Assembly (NCBI GenBank): GCA_965226195.1 | Contig: OZ245333.1 | Location: 562,167 to 626,166 of the forward strand | Origin: Oligoflexales bacterium | GTDB taxonomy: Bacteria; Bdellovibrionota_B; Oligoflexia; Oligoflexales; JAPPIL01 | DNA: 64,000 nucleotides | Direction of reading: 5' to 3' | Shown: in pieces, positions 8,832 through 19,208 of the stretch | Numbering within the stretch: the first letter of the stretch is position 1 | How the letters are laid out: each line of letters begins with the position of its first letter | The notes under the pieces: generated by a model | Seen by the model: the letters and a program-made list of their open reading frames with translations, nothing else | Told to the model about the DNA's origin: nothing | The model's database searches: none | Made by a program: the position numbers and the translations under genes

Positions 8832-9920
8832 ATGGAACGTGAGATGGAGCTAGAAAGCGGCAAAGAGTCCTGCGCAGCAGAAAGCGGCAAAGAGTCCTGC
8901 GCAGCAGAAAGCGGCAAAGAGTCCTGCGCAGCAGAAAGCGGCAAAGAGTCCTGCGCAGCAGAAAGCAGCCAAGAGCAGCACCATAAGCGCAGCAAAATGG
9001 TCTTGGTGGCTGGCAATGCCAACCGCCCACTGGCTAAGGGGATTGCCGCTTATCTCGACATTCAGCTCGCTGATGCCTTAGTGGGGCAGTATTGCGACGG
9101 TGAGAGCAGGGTGGAGTTGCGCACCAATGTGCGGGGTGCTGATGTCTTTATCGTGCAGCCAACCTGTCCGCCCGTCAACCACCACATCATGGAGGCGATC
9201 ATTATCGCCGATGCTTGTCGGCGAGCATCAGCTGGCTGTGTAACGCTGGTTGCTCCTTATTTTGGCTATGCGCGGCAGGAACGTAAAAGTGCTTCCCGCA
9301 CACCGATTACTGCCAAGTTGACGGCAGACTTGATCGAGGTGTCGGGGATCAAACGAGTGTTGACGCTGGAGCTGCACGAGTCGGCGATTCAGGGTTTTTT
9401 CAACATTCCCGTCGATCACCTGTTCATCAAGCCAGTATTTGCAGAACACTATCGTGATTGCCGCAACATGGTGGTGGTCTCGCCCGATGCAGGCGGGGTG
9501 GAGCGAGCACGAGCGATGGCGAAACTGTTCGCCTGTGAGCTGGCAATTCTCGACAAGCGGCGGGAAAATCCTAACGACAGCACCATCATGAACATCGTCG
9601 GCAACATTAATGGCAAGGACTGTTTGATCGTCGATGACATCTGCGACACGGGCGGCTCACTGATCAACGCAACCACGGCACTGCTAGAAAATGGCGCACA
9701 GTCCGTGCGTGCTGCCGTAACTCATGCGGTGTTGAGCGGCGATGCTGTTGAAAAGCTGGTAGCCTCACAATTGCAAGAACTGCTGGTGTCGGATTCGATC
9801 TGCTTGCCACCTGCGGTGTCCACCTGCGAAAAAATCGTCACCCGCTCGGTTGCAGAACTGCTGGGTAAAGCAATTTACCGCATTTACAACTCCGAATCGA
9901 TCAGCAAACTTTTTATCTGA
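8832..9920 (+). CDS. prs: ribose-phosphate pyrophosphokinase (repeat-encoded N-terminal extension; alternative start 8997)
   Basis: PYFGYARQ, VVSPDAGGVERA, LIVDDICDTGGS motifs. Confidence 0.97.
   Translation: MEREMELESGKESCAAESGKESCAAESGKESCAAESGKESCAAESSQEQHHKRSKMVLVAGNANRPLAKGIAAYLDIQLADALVGQYCDGESRVELRTNVRGADVFIVQPTCPPVNHHIMEAIIIADACRRASAGCVTLVAPYFGYARQERKSASRTPITAKLTADLIEVSGIKRVLTLELHESAIQGFFNIPVDHLFIKPVFAEHYRDCRNMVVVSPDAGGVERARAMAKLFACELAILDKRRENPNDSTIMNIVGNINGKDCLIVDDICDTGGSLINATTALLENGAQSVRAAVTHAVLSGDAVEKLVASQLQELLVSDSICLPPAVSTCEKIVTRSVAELLGKAIYRIYNSESISKLFI
8846..8976 (+). repeat. 27-bp tandem array (x4+) at prs 5' end
   Basis: AGAAAGCGGCAAAGAGTCCTGCGCAGC units with CTGC-GCA-GCAG hairpin; encodes (ESGKESCAA)n. 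Confidence 0.95.
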
Positions 9921-10079
9921 GGCTCAGGTAAAGTTTCATAGCGATGGCTTTTTCGGTGAAAATCTGCTAGAGTAGGGGGATGTGTGCTATCCGTACTTTA
10001 TATTGTAGCTACCGTGAGTTTTGGGGTGGCAGCGGGCGCATGTTGTTGAACGGTTTTTGATTGCAACAAGGGAGGGACT

Positions 10080-12586
10080 ATGTTGCGGATACGTATTACC
10101 AGACTAGCGTTGATCTGGATACTGTTTGCGGTGATTGGAGGACTGATCTTCAGCGGTCTCGATCACACACTGTTGACAAGTGGTGGTAAACACACTGCCG
10201 TTGCAGAAAGCTCGGAACGTGATACCGAACGAGAGCATCAAGACAGGGGGGCGTTAATCGTCTTTGACGATGACGATCTTCAGGTTCGTTACGGTGAATA
10301 CAGCGAGACCGAGTTCACCCTTGCTCTCCCCAGATACCATGACACCGACGAAAGTCGGGTTATCATTGATTGGCAGGTAATCGGCGCACAGTTACCCGCT
10401 GGCATGGAACTCCAACCCCTCGAAGAACGACAAGCACTTGTATACGGCACACCACAGTTTGTCGGGCGGTGGTGCTTCACCCTCGCCGCACAGTTTGAGC
10501 TGCTGCCAGAACTAGAGTCGTCTGCACCTCCATCAGATTTGCACAGCACGAGTCGGCAAGTGTGCTTCTTATCTGCACACAACGAGCAGTTGAGTTACCC
10601 ACATTTTTCCACCTCCACCCGCCTTGACCGTGCCGAGAAAAACAGCAAATACAGTGAAAAGATAAGATTTGAGCACGGGGATCGCCGCACGAGTGTGAGT
10701 GTAGCATGGCATAACCTGCCCAACTCGTTGGAAATCGAAACCCGTAACAGAAGAGGTTATGTCAAGATAAGCGGCAAGCCGCGTGACCGCGACAGTCATG
10801 TTATTTTCTCTGACAGTGTCTCGGAAGAGAACCAGCCGCAATTGACCGAGTTGTTTACGGTCAAAGATGAGAGACAATCACGCTTTAAAGAACTTGAACG
10901 ACATACGTATCGCATCACCGCAGTCTATCCTGACGGAGAAACTCCCGCAGAATCCCACGAAAGCTTGTGGGTAAATCGCGGTGAGGTGGTGCTCGCTACG
11001 ATTACCTATGACAAACGCCCCTTTTATTTCAATGTGTTCAGGGCAATGGGAGACAACAACGACGCACGCTTCATTACTCGTCTTGATCCGCAACCTTCGG
11101 GATCGGAATACTTGCTCGATCGCAACGCCACACCCCCACGTACAATGCGAGCGACAGGAAACTTTTACATCATGCTCAAACTGACCAGTACAACCCGCGA
11201 TAGTGCAGATGGTGGTATTGTCACGACCTGGAAGCAGTTCACGCTGACTATAGATGAGGAAAAGGAAGAGAGCGAGCGTAGCCGTTCTTATCGCTGTCCG
11301 TCAGGATACTACTACGACAGGGTCTTGCGCCACTGTGTGCAAAGCCGCGGCAACCCGTGTCCGCAGGGCACTTACTACGAGCCAGCTTACAACACCTGTC
11401 GGAGTTACCCTTCTTCGCAATACTGTCCGTCAGGATACTATTTTGACCATTTTTTGCGCCGCTGTGTGCTCGATAACTACCCGCGCTGCCCGTGGAATTA
11501 TCGCTGGGATTCCTTTTATAACCAGTGTGTGCCCAATCCTTACTGGTGTCCGCTGGGTTTCTACTATAACTGGTGGGGGGGTATATGCCTGTTCACCGAT
11601 CGTAGCTGTGAGAGTGGCTGGCACTATGATTACGGAGTCAATCGTTGCGTGCGCAACCAACGTGCCTGCTCGCCCGGCTATGTTTGGGATCGCAGCTCAC
11701 AATCTTGTCAACGCAACCGCCGCAACTGTAGAGCTGGCTATCACTGGTCGGCACGCCTGAACCGCTGTGTCTATCACGGTAGCGTGCGTTGCCGTGATGG
11801 GTATCGCTACGACGATCGTCGCCGAGCATGTGTGCGTATCGAACGCGAGCGTCGCTGTCCTCATGGCGAACACTGGAGTCAGAGGCGCGGACACTGCGTA
11901 CCCAACAATCGCCCGACCCGCAGACCTACGGCACGGCCGACTAGTTCACCGAGTCGTAGACCGACAGCACGGCCGACTAGTTCACCGAGTCGTAGACCGA
12001 CAGCACGGCCACGAGTTCACCAACGCGTAGACCTACGGCAAGACCAACTAGCTCACCGAGTCGTAGACCTACGGCAAGACCAACTAGCTCACCGAGTCGC
12101 AGACCGACAGCAAGACCAACTAGCTCACCAAGTCGTAGACCGACAGCAAGACCGTCCCGGTCACCAAGTCGTAGACCAACAGCAAGACCAACTAGCTCAC
12201 CGAGTCGTAGACCGACAGCAAGACCGTCCCGGTCACCAAGTCGTAGACCAACAGCAAGACCAACTAGCTCACCGAGTCGTAGACCTACGGCAAGACCAAC
12301 TAGCTCACCGAGTCGCAGACCGACAGCAAGACCAACTAGCTCACCGAGTCGTAGACCTACGGCACGGCCGACTAGTTCACCGAGTCGTAGACCGACAGCA
12401 AGACCATCCCGGTCACCAAGTCATAGACCTACGGCACGGCCGACTAGTTCACCGAGTCGTAGACCGACAGCAAGACCATCACGCTCATCGAGTCGTAGAC
12501 CAACGGGACAGCCAACGAGTTCGCCAAGTCGCAGAAGGCGTGGTGTGACAGAAAACTTACTGCCGCTACCATCTGTTCGTAGGTGA
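10080..12586 (+). CDS. surface protein: Ig/cadherin-like domains, 10 Cys-x12-Cys repeats and Pro/Thr/Arg (RRPTARPTSSPS) tail; 1-bp deletion near 12010
   Basis: N-terminal TM; LP.G..L..GTP Ig-like motifs; CPxGYYxD..C repeats; restoring one G at ~12010 continues the PT repeat to TGA 12584-12586, which overlaps the mltG ATG. Confidence 0.8.
11911..12535 (+). repeat. ~17 degenerate 36-bp coding repeats
   Basis: Unit approx. CGTAGACCGACAGCAAGACCAACTAGCTCACCGAGT. Confidence 0.9.
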
Positions 12587-13626
12587 TGATACGTCTACGC
12601 CATGTTCTGGTGGTAGGATTGCCATGCTTCTTGCTGGCAATCCTACTGACGGTCACGGGATTGTGGAAGTTGCAGCACTGGGGAGATGCATCGCGTCGTT
12701 TGACAACGCCGCGCAGTGTGTATTTTCCGACCAGCACTTCTTTGCGCACTTTGGCACAGACACTTGAGCAAGAGGGAGTAATAGATTCCGCCCTCTTGTT
12801 CCGCCTTTTCGTGCGCTGCTGTTCTGATTTCAAGAAATTTCAAGCGGGCGATTATCGTTTTGCGGGCAGCACAAGCCCTGCTCAAGTTGCAACACGTATT
12901 ATTGCCGGTGACATTCACATCGAGTTGCGCCTGCGTTTCAGTGTGCCAGAGGGGTTTACGCTGGCCAAGATAGTGGCACGCATGGCTAAACACAGGCTGG
13001 GCACACAAGCAGAGCTGCAGCAGTTGGCACGCGACCCTGATTTGCTCACGTCACTCAAGATCAATGCAGATTCGCTCGAAGGCTATCTTTACCCTGCTAC
13101 GTATAGTTTTTATCAAAAACTACCAACAGCACGGCAGGTGTTTGCGCGCATGGTGGCAAAGTGGCACGCGATGTTGCCAGCTGATTACGAACCGCGGGTA
13201 GCAGAGAAAGGCTTGACCCTGCACAAGGCGGTGACAATGGCTTCTCTGATTGAATTGGAGACGGCGCACGACGATGAACGCGGCAAGATATCCGAGGTTA
13301 TCTGGAAACGGCTCAAGGATCGCACGCCACTAGGAATCGATGCAGCAGTCATCTATGGCATCAAGGATTACGATGGGGACTTGAAACGCCGCCACTTGCG
13401 GGATGCCTCAAACCCGTGGAATACCCGTATTCATCGTGGCTTACCACCTACTCCGATTGGCTCGCCTTCGCTCGCTTCACTGCTGGCAGTGCTGAAGCCA
13501 ACCAACGAAGGACATTACTTCTACGTCTTGATTCCTGATGGCACTAAACGGCATCATTTTTCCCACACCTTGCGTGAGCATAACCGCCACGTACGCAAAC
13601 TGATGCGGGCAGCACGCAGACCTTGA
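12586..13626 (+). CDS. mltG: endolytic transglycosylase MltG
   Basis: PEG, LEGYLYPATY, ASLIELE, NPWNT, GLPPTPI. Confidence 0.95.
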   Translation: MIRLRHVLVVGLPCFLLAILLTVTGLWKLQHWGDASRRLTTPRSVYFPTSTSLRTLAQTLEQEGVIDSALLFRLFVRCCSDFKKFQAGDYRFAGSTSPAQVATRIIAGDIHIELRLRFSVPEGFTLAKIVARMAKHRLGTQAELQQLARDPDLLTSLKINADSLEGYLYPATYSFYQKLPTARQVFARMVAKWHAMLPADYEPRVAEKGLTLHKAVTMASLIELETAHDDERGKISEVIWKRLKDRTPLGIDAAVIYGIKDYDGDLKRRHLRDASNPWNTRIHRGLPPTPIGSPSLASLLAVLKPTNEGHYFYVLIPDGTKRHHFSHTLREHNRHVRKLMRAARRP

Positions 13627-13761
13627 AAACAAGCACACGCTTCGCTATACATGCAGTGTGGAGCGAGAACGCGGCCAAGAGCCGAGCGAAGCGAAAAAGC
13701 GGCAAAAGCCCAGAATTTCCCCCTTGCACGGCGGTCATTCATAAGCGAGTGAGGCGCGAGC

Positions 13762-14445
13762 ATGAACCAGCAAGCAAAGTCTTACTGGAACAATTATTAT
13801 GAACGGCATCAGTTTGCAGGTGGCAAAGCGCCATCGCCGTTTTTGCTGCAGATGTTGCCACGCCTACAGAAGGGGCGGGTACTTGACATCGCCATGGGTG
13901 AAGGTGTGAATGCAGTACACCTCGCCCAGAAGGGCAGTGCGGTCGAGGGGTTTGACATCTCCGAAGTCGCCTGCCAGCGCGCCACTGAGCTGGCACGTGA
14001 TACGGGCGTAGAACTGAAAGTCAAATGCACCGACGTAGATCTCTACCTGTTTGGCATCATGCAGTACGACACCGTCGTGATGAGTTTTTTTAAACCCGCG
14101 GTGCTACGCTATTATCCTGAAATAATCAAGGCACTGAAGCAGGGTGGCACGTTGCTAATGGAATCGTATCTCGTCGGCGCGATGCCCGCGGCGATCCCGC
14201 GTGAGGAAAATTATCGCAATTTTTATTTCAACAGCAACGAGTTTCTGCCTCACCTGAAAGGCATGCAGCTGCTCTATTACAGCGAAACTAAAATCAACGG
14301 CAAGGAGTGTGTGCAGTGCTTCGCTCGCAAACCCGTCGATCGCGATGCGCTTAAATATAATTTGTTTGACATGCACAGTGCGAAAGAACAGCAACCTGTC
14401 TCCCGCCAACTGGAACTGGCTGAAAAGCTTTTCAAAAAAAATTGA
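13762..14445 (+). CDS. class I SAM-dependent methyltransferase (TehB-like)
   Basis: VLDIAMGEGVNA motif I; GFDIS. Confidence 0.85.
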   Translation: MNQQAKSYWNNYYERHQFAGGKAPSPFLLQMLPRLQKGRVLDIAMGEGVNAVHLAQKGSAVEGFDISEVACQRATELARDTGVELKVKCTDVDLYLFGIMQYDTVVMSFFKPAVLRYYPEIIKALKQGGTLLMESYLVGAMPAAIPREENYRNFYFNSNEFLPHLKGMQLLYYSETKINGKECVQCFARKPVDRDALKYNLFDMHSAKEQQPVSRQLELAEKLFKKN

Positions 14446-15248
14446 AGCCTCGTCTTATTTCTAGTTTACAAAACCCGCACATCAAAGAACTGCTGAAGTT
14501 GCGTCGGGCGCAGAAAATCAAGCGCACACAACGTTTCTGTGTTGAGGGCGCACGCGAAATCGAACAGGCCTGTCAGCGTTTTACGCTGCTCGAACTCTAT
14601 GTGCAGGAAGAAACCTTGAGCAACCCGGCACGTGCCATCGTTGCTACGCGTAACGAAGTATTGCCTTATACGGTCACGGCCTCCGTGTACGCCAAAATTG
14701 CCGTGCGGGAAAACAAGGATGGCATCGTGGCCGTGTTTGCGGCACGAGATCTCCCACTGGCAGAACTGGTGTTGTCGGACTGTCCTTTACTCGTTGTCTG
14801 TCAGGAATTACAAAAACCCGGTAATCTCGGCGCAATGATCCGCACGGCACTTGCCGTCGGTGCAGATGCGTTGATCGCAGTTGAGCAGAAGATGCATGTC
14901 TGCAATCCTAACGTCATTCGTGCTAGTCTCGGCTATGTCTTTACTTTACCACTTGCAGTAGCTAGCAGTGCAGAGGTGGTTGAATTTTTGCAAGCAAAAA
15001 AAATAAACATTGTGGTTGCGGATGGCTCACGGCCGGGGCTTACTTACAGCAACTATGATTTTACCGCACCGACGGCAATCATCTTCGGCAGCGAAGCGGA
15101 AGGACTGAGCTCTTTCTGGCGAGAACGCGACGTGACGCGTCTACACATTCCCATGACCGCGGCAGTCGATGCTTTGAATGTCTCTGTCTGTGGCGGTGTT
15201 ATCCTGTACGAAGCGTGGCGACAACGACAAGCTAGTGGGTGTAAGTAA
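14442..15248 (+). CDS. TrmH/SpoU family RNA methyltransferase
   Basis: PGNLGAMIRT, FGSEAEGLS, IPM..DALNVS. Confidence 0.93.
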   Translation: MKPRLISSLQNPHIKELLKLRRAQKIKRTQRFCVEGAREIEQACQRFTLLELYVQEETLSNPARAIVATRNEVLPYTVTASVYAKIAVRENKDGIVAVFAARDLPLAELVLSDCPLLVVCQELQKPGNLGAMIRTALAVGADALIAVEQKMHVCNPNVIRASLGYVFTLPLAVASSAEVVEFLQAKKINIVVADGSRPGLTYSNYDFTAPTAIIFGSEAEGLSSFWRERDVTRLHIPMTAAVDALNVSVCGGVILYEAWRQRQASGCK

Positions 15249-16293
15249 CCTCAATTTTAGTCGTATTGGCAGGTAGGGTAATACTAATACTGAGTGAGTT
15301 GCCCTCAACACTGTATTGACCTTCTTCAAGAGTTTTTGTTTCTCCATCTTCGGTAGTGATGACAACTGTAGCACGGCTGCCGTCATGTTCGTGTTCCAGA
15401 GTAAAATTATTCTTGAGTGCCGCGGCGATATTTTGGGAAATTTCAGTCAGTATCTTGGTGTAGTCATTATTGAAAACAGAATCATAAAAATCAAACAGTG
15501 ACTCACCGCTTTCGTCCTTCCATTCAAGAAACCTGTCTGCACCCTTCGGTTCGGAACTGCCCTGTGCTTTAGTATCGAGTAGGCCGTAGACCCGCCCTGT
15601 TGCATGTGGAACACGGATGCTCTTTAGATAAAAGTATAAATCGGTAATGTGGCAGCCATGATGGTGTATGCATTGATGGTCTTCATCGGTAATCAGCAAT
15701 ACGGCCAACATCGACCCATCCCGTACCCATGCCTGTTTCTTGTTGCAAAGACTGTTGAAACCACCGCGACTTTCTGCTGCTAGTTCAAGTCCATAACCAA
15801 CTATGGATGTCTTTTCCTTGCTATATGATCGTGCCGCGATACAGTCACCTCGCAGCCCTCGTATTGCTCCGTAGATAGCTTGCTCAGGCCCGTAATAATT
15901 TAATAAAGAATAGTCCTCGAAGCTTGCTTGTAAACTTTTCTGAGTGATGGTTTCAGTAAAAATTTGCTTGTAGTTCGGGGTGTTCTTGTCAATGACAGTT
16001 AGTAAGCAAGATAAGGGACTAGTGGTGGTGATAGCAATTTGCCAATCACTATCCTTGACGGCTACTAACAGATCCTCCAGACGTGAGGAAAGTGTGCGAT
16101 GAACTGGATTCATCGAGCCTGACTCATCTATCACCAGCAGAATATCGAGCTTATCGTGTGTTGTTTTTTCTGGCACAAAATTTTCGGTAGATTTTTCTGA
16201 TGCAGCTTGATCGGAGGAAAAGGAAGTGTTCACCGTATTTTTGTTACAGGTAACAAGCATACACAAGATAGCCAAAAATTTAATGCCCCGCAC
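15232..16293 (-). CDS. vWA-domain lipoprotein
   Basis: Lipobox-like LVTC; DILLVIDESGSM MIDAS motif; ITDED. Confidence 0.8.
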   Translation of the reverse strand: MRGIKFLAILCMLVTCNKNTVNTSFSSDQAASEKSTENFVPEKTTHDKLDILLVIDESGSMNPVHRTLSSRLEDLLVAVKDSDWQIAITTTSPLSCLLTVIDKNTPNYKQIFTETITQKSLQASFEDYSLLNYYGPEQAIYGAIRGLRGDCIAARSYSKEKTSIVGYGLELAAESRGGFNSLCNKKQAWVRDGSMLAVLLITDEDHQCIHHHGCHITDLYFYLKSIRVPHATGRVYGLLDTKAQGSSEPKGADRFLEWKDESGESLFDFYDSVFNNDYTKILTEISQNIAAALKNNFTLEHEHDGSRATVVITTEDGETKTLEEGQYSVEGNSLSISITLPANTTKIEVTYTH

Positions 16294-16318
16294 ACTTGCT
16301 ATCCACAGGGTGGATCTA

Positions 16319-17356
16319 CTATTGTTCGAGTGTAATATCAACACATATCCCTTCAACAAATTTTGCTCGTGTAAAAATTACATTTTTCTTGACCTGATAA
16401 TGGCTGTCATGAATAAAACCATCTGGTGTCTCTTCTTTATCAGGTGCATTAAAAACTTTTATCCGAGCAATAGCTACATCCTCTCCCGCGGGGTTACTTG
16501 CACCTGCCCCTACTCTGTGTTGCAATGCACCAGCTGGCAGAGATGGGGCAATAAATACCCCCCGCAAGGTGTTGGCAATATCGGCAGAAAAGTCTTCTAA
16601 CACTCTTTTGTAATCAGATTGCAAAGAGCCATAACGACTGAGCACGTTCTTATCTTGCTCATTTTTCCAGTTCAAGAAATCATCCAAACCCTCTTCAGTA
16701 TTCAAGATTGCGTAGACTTTTGTAAGATGTGCATCTTCTTCGTCAGCAATAACAACTTTGCTTTCTTCTAGCTTTGTGTCAGAAAAACTTTTGGCAGTGA
16801 CGATGATAAACACACGCAATGTCGCAGCTTGAGGTTGTCGCGGGTTAAGCCCAGCTAGCTGATCAGCATCAGGTGCTTGCCCTTCTGTGTCGGGGGTCTC
16901 CCCAGCCCCCTTGCCCACACCAATCGCCGCGGAGAATTGTTTGCTATAGTCGGCATAGTTTGCATATTTAGTGATGAATTTAGTAGGATACGCAGTTGCT
17001 TCAAGATCAGCGACAGCAATGTTCCAGTTACTGTTGATGATGTGTTTTAGCAGTGCGTCAATGCCTTCGGCTAGCTTTTCTTTCTGTTCCGCAGCAAGCT
17101 CACTATCGACCAGCAGCACTATCTCCACCACATCCGCGGCAGTAACCTCTGCATAGGTTGAAAAGGTAAACTTCTCGTAGTCTGAAGGTAAAGAACCTTG
17201 TGACTGTTCCTGAATAGCACCCGCGGTGTTACCGTCACCGACAACAACCGTTGCTGCACTGCTGTCACGATTGCTTGCGCCACCTCTACAAGCAATACTC
17301 GTCACCAACAAAATATATACTACTAACCTCACAACTACCCTCTTGCAAAAGACCAT
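16319..17356 (-). CDS. degenerate vWA-like lipoprotein, paralog of neighbour
   Basis: Lipobox SIAC; EIVLLVDS, W.IA, FL.WK, DY..L.E.S..IA..L shared with the 15232 protein. Confidence 0.7.
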   Translation of the reverse strand: MVFCKRVVVRLVVYILLVTSIACRGGASNRDSSAATVVVGDGNTAGAIQEQSQGSLPSDYEKFTFSTYAEVTAADVVEIVLLVDSELAAEQKEKLAEGIDALLKHIINSNWNIAVADLEATAYPTKFITKYANYADYSKQFSAAIGVGKGAGETPDTEGQAPDADQLAGLNPRQPQAATLRVFIIVTAKSFSDTKLEESKVVIADEEDAHLTKVYAILNTEEGLDDFLNWKNEQDKNVLSRYGSLQSDYKRVLEDFSADIANTLRGVFIAPSLPAGALQHRVGAGASNPAGEDVAIARIKVFNAPDKEETPDGFIHDSHYQVKKNVIFTRAKFVEGICVDITLEQ

Positions 17357-17472
17357 AATATGTATCGGCTCTATTTTGAAAAAATTTAATAAAATAAATT
17401 AACACAATAAATTTAGCATGTTATACTTAAAGAGTTAGAGATGTCGCTAGCTGTTGCCAACCACCTTGAACA

Positions 17473-17734
17473 CGCTTTGTTGCATAACTCAGAATCATCA
17501 CTGCTAAAGGATTAAGGGGCTTTGCCTCCAGAAAGGGCTGCTACCCTTTCTTTACCACACAAAAGGGCTTCGCCCCTTTGAACCCCTGGTGTGAAGAGAA
17601 AGTCAGGGGTTTCACCCCCAACACCCCCACCAACTTTTTATAAAAAGTTGGATCAAAAATTTTTAGTTATTTATTAGGATAACCAGATATAATTATTTAT
17701 AAAATAACGACAAAAGCAGTTATGCAACAAAGCC
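17473..17734. mobile_element. second IS903-type MITE with different interior
   Basis: (C)GCTTTGTTGCATAACT ... AGTTATGCAACAAAGCC; no clean TSD; palindrome CAACTTTTTATAAAAAGTTG inside. Confidence 0.8.
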
Positions 17735-17760
17735 CCTTATCCCCGCTTGGAGCTGAACAT

Positions 17761-18300
17761 TCAGGGCACACCATACTTGGCAAGAATGCCGACCACACGC
17801 CAGTGTTCTCGCTTGATAGCAATATCACGGGCACTTTCGCCTGCATTGTTTCTGATATCAAGATCGGCGTTGTTTTTGATGAGCAGCTTTGTCAGGCGTG
17901 GCAAGCCTTTGCGTGTACGATCGCGAAAAAGCGCGGCGTGATGCAAGGCAGTGTTGCCATCAGCATCGACGGCGTTCAAGTCTGCCTTGTGCTTGATGAG
18001 TAGGCGTGCAGCACTGAGCCAGCTGCCTCTTTGTGCGGCTTCGAGCAAAGGTGTTGTCCCCGCGTCGCTGCGTGCATTGGGATCAGCCCCATCTTCCAGT
18101 AGCTGGGTTAGCCCACGTCTGTCATTAAACAACAACGCTTCAAACAATGACAAAGGTGCAGGCTGTGCCTCACGTATAAATGCAGCCCTGATGCTCTGTG
18201 GTAATAGCTGCAGTGCTTTCTTGACATCGATGAGTTGAGGACTCGGTGCAGCAACCGCGGTCACAGCAAAAGCAAATGCCAGCGAGAGCAAAGAGTTCAC
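17761..18300 (-). CDS. secreted ankyrin-repeat protein
   Basis: Signal peptide, GGAGG RBS; GTTPLLEAA, GNTALHHAA. Confidence 0.9.
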   Translation of the reverse strand: MNSLLSLAFAFAVTAVAAPSPQLIDVKKALQLLPQSIRAAFIREAQPAPLSLFEALLFNDRRGLTQLLEDGADPNARSDAGTTPLLEAAQRGSWLSAARLLIKHKADLNAVDADGNTALHHAALFRDRTRKGLPRLTKLLIKNNADLDIRNNAGESARDIAIKREHWRVVGILAKYGVP

Positions 18301-18418
18301 GTCCCTCCTCCGAAACTGATGATGAGATGTGAACCTCTACACTCTGCGCCGCTGTTTGTAAACTATGATTTTCTTTGCTGGCACAGTCGTATGTAGGCTA
18401 CGCCATTAGCATTATGTC

Positions 18419-19069
18419 CTAATCTGTGTGCAAATAATCGGCGAAGAAAGACTCGCACCACTGCTGTCCATTTTCACCGAGAGCTTTCACCCACTTTGTG
18501 ATAACGTCTTTGTGCCTGCAAACGCGGTGTATCGCCTTCTTTGTTTTTGATGTAACGTCAACACCATAGGCAAGCAGTATTGCCATGACTTTATGATCAT
18601 CTACCCAATTGTTACGTAACAACTGATGCAGAGCTGTGTCACCTCTGAAGTCCTGCAGATTAACCTTTGCCCCCGCGGTCAACAGCAGACGCATTATTTC
18701 CAAACTTCCAACAGCTGCTGCCTCCATCAGTGCTGGTGTTTCTCTTAAGTTTTCTCCTATCGACATCCTACGGTTAACATCTGCACCGTCAGCAAGCATC
18801 TGTTCAATCTCCACCAGTGAGGCATCTTAAAACCACATTGCCGCGGCGATATTTTTGCCCCCCGCTGCTTCTCTACGAGCAATGTCGGGGAGTTGCAAGG
18901 TAGACATCACCCTAAATGTGGTGGCAATTAGCTCTAACTTCGCTAGTGACACAGTCCACACAAGCACGCAGACAATGCCAACAGTAATATTCCGCCCGCG
19001 CTGCTAGCCGCACAGTAAAGCCAACAGGCTCTTCTTCACCCTGTGTTGCCAGCATGAGATATAGCTCAT
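18419..19069 (-). pseudogene. ankyrin protein with in-frame stops in its 5' part
   Basis: Ankyrin ORF 18419-18814; same frame upstream has TAA (18827-18829) and a further TAG within a hydrophobic leader. Confidence 0.55.
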
Positions 19070-19208
19070 CGTTCCAACAGTTCACATAGCCTCTTGTTCA
19101 GCAGCGGTGTATGACCTTGCAGCTTGTCTAGCACTGTCTGAAAAAGTATTTAGCTTTCAGTGTGTTAGAAAATCGCAAATTGTCGCCACATTCTGCGCGG
19201 CTCAAATC

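Noticed and set aside
12011-12548. Novel QDQLAHRVVD repeat domain
   Set aside because: It is the out-of-frame reading of the RRPTARPTSSPS repeat after a 1-bp deletion.
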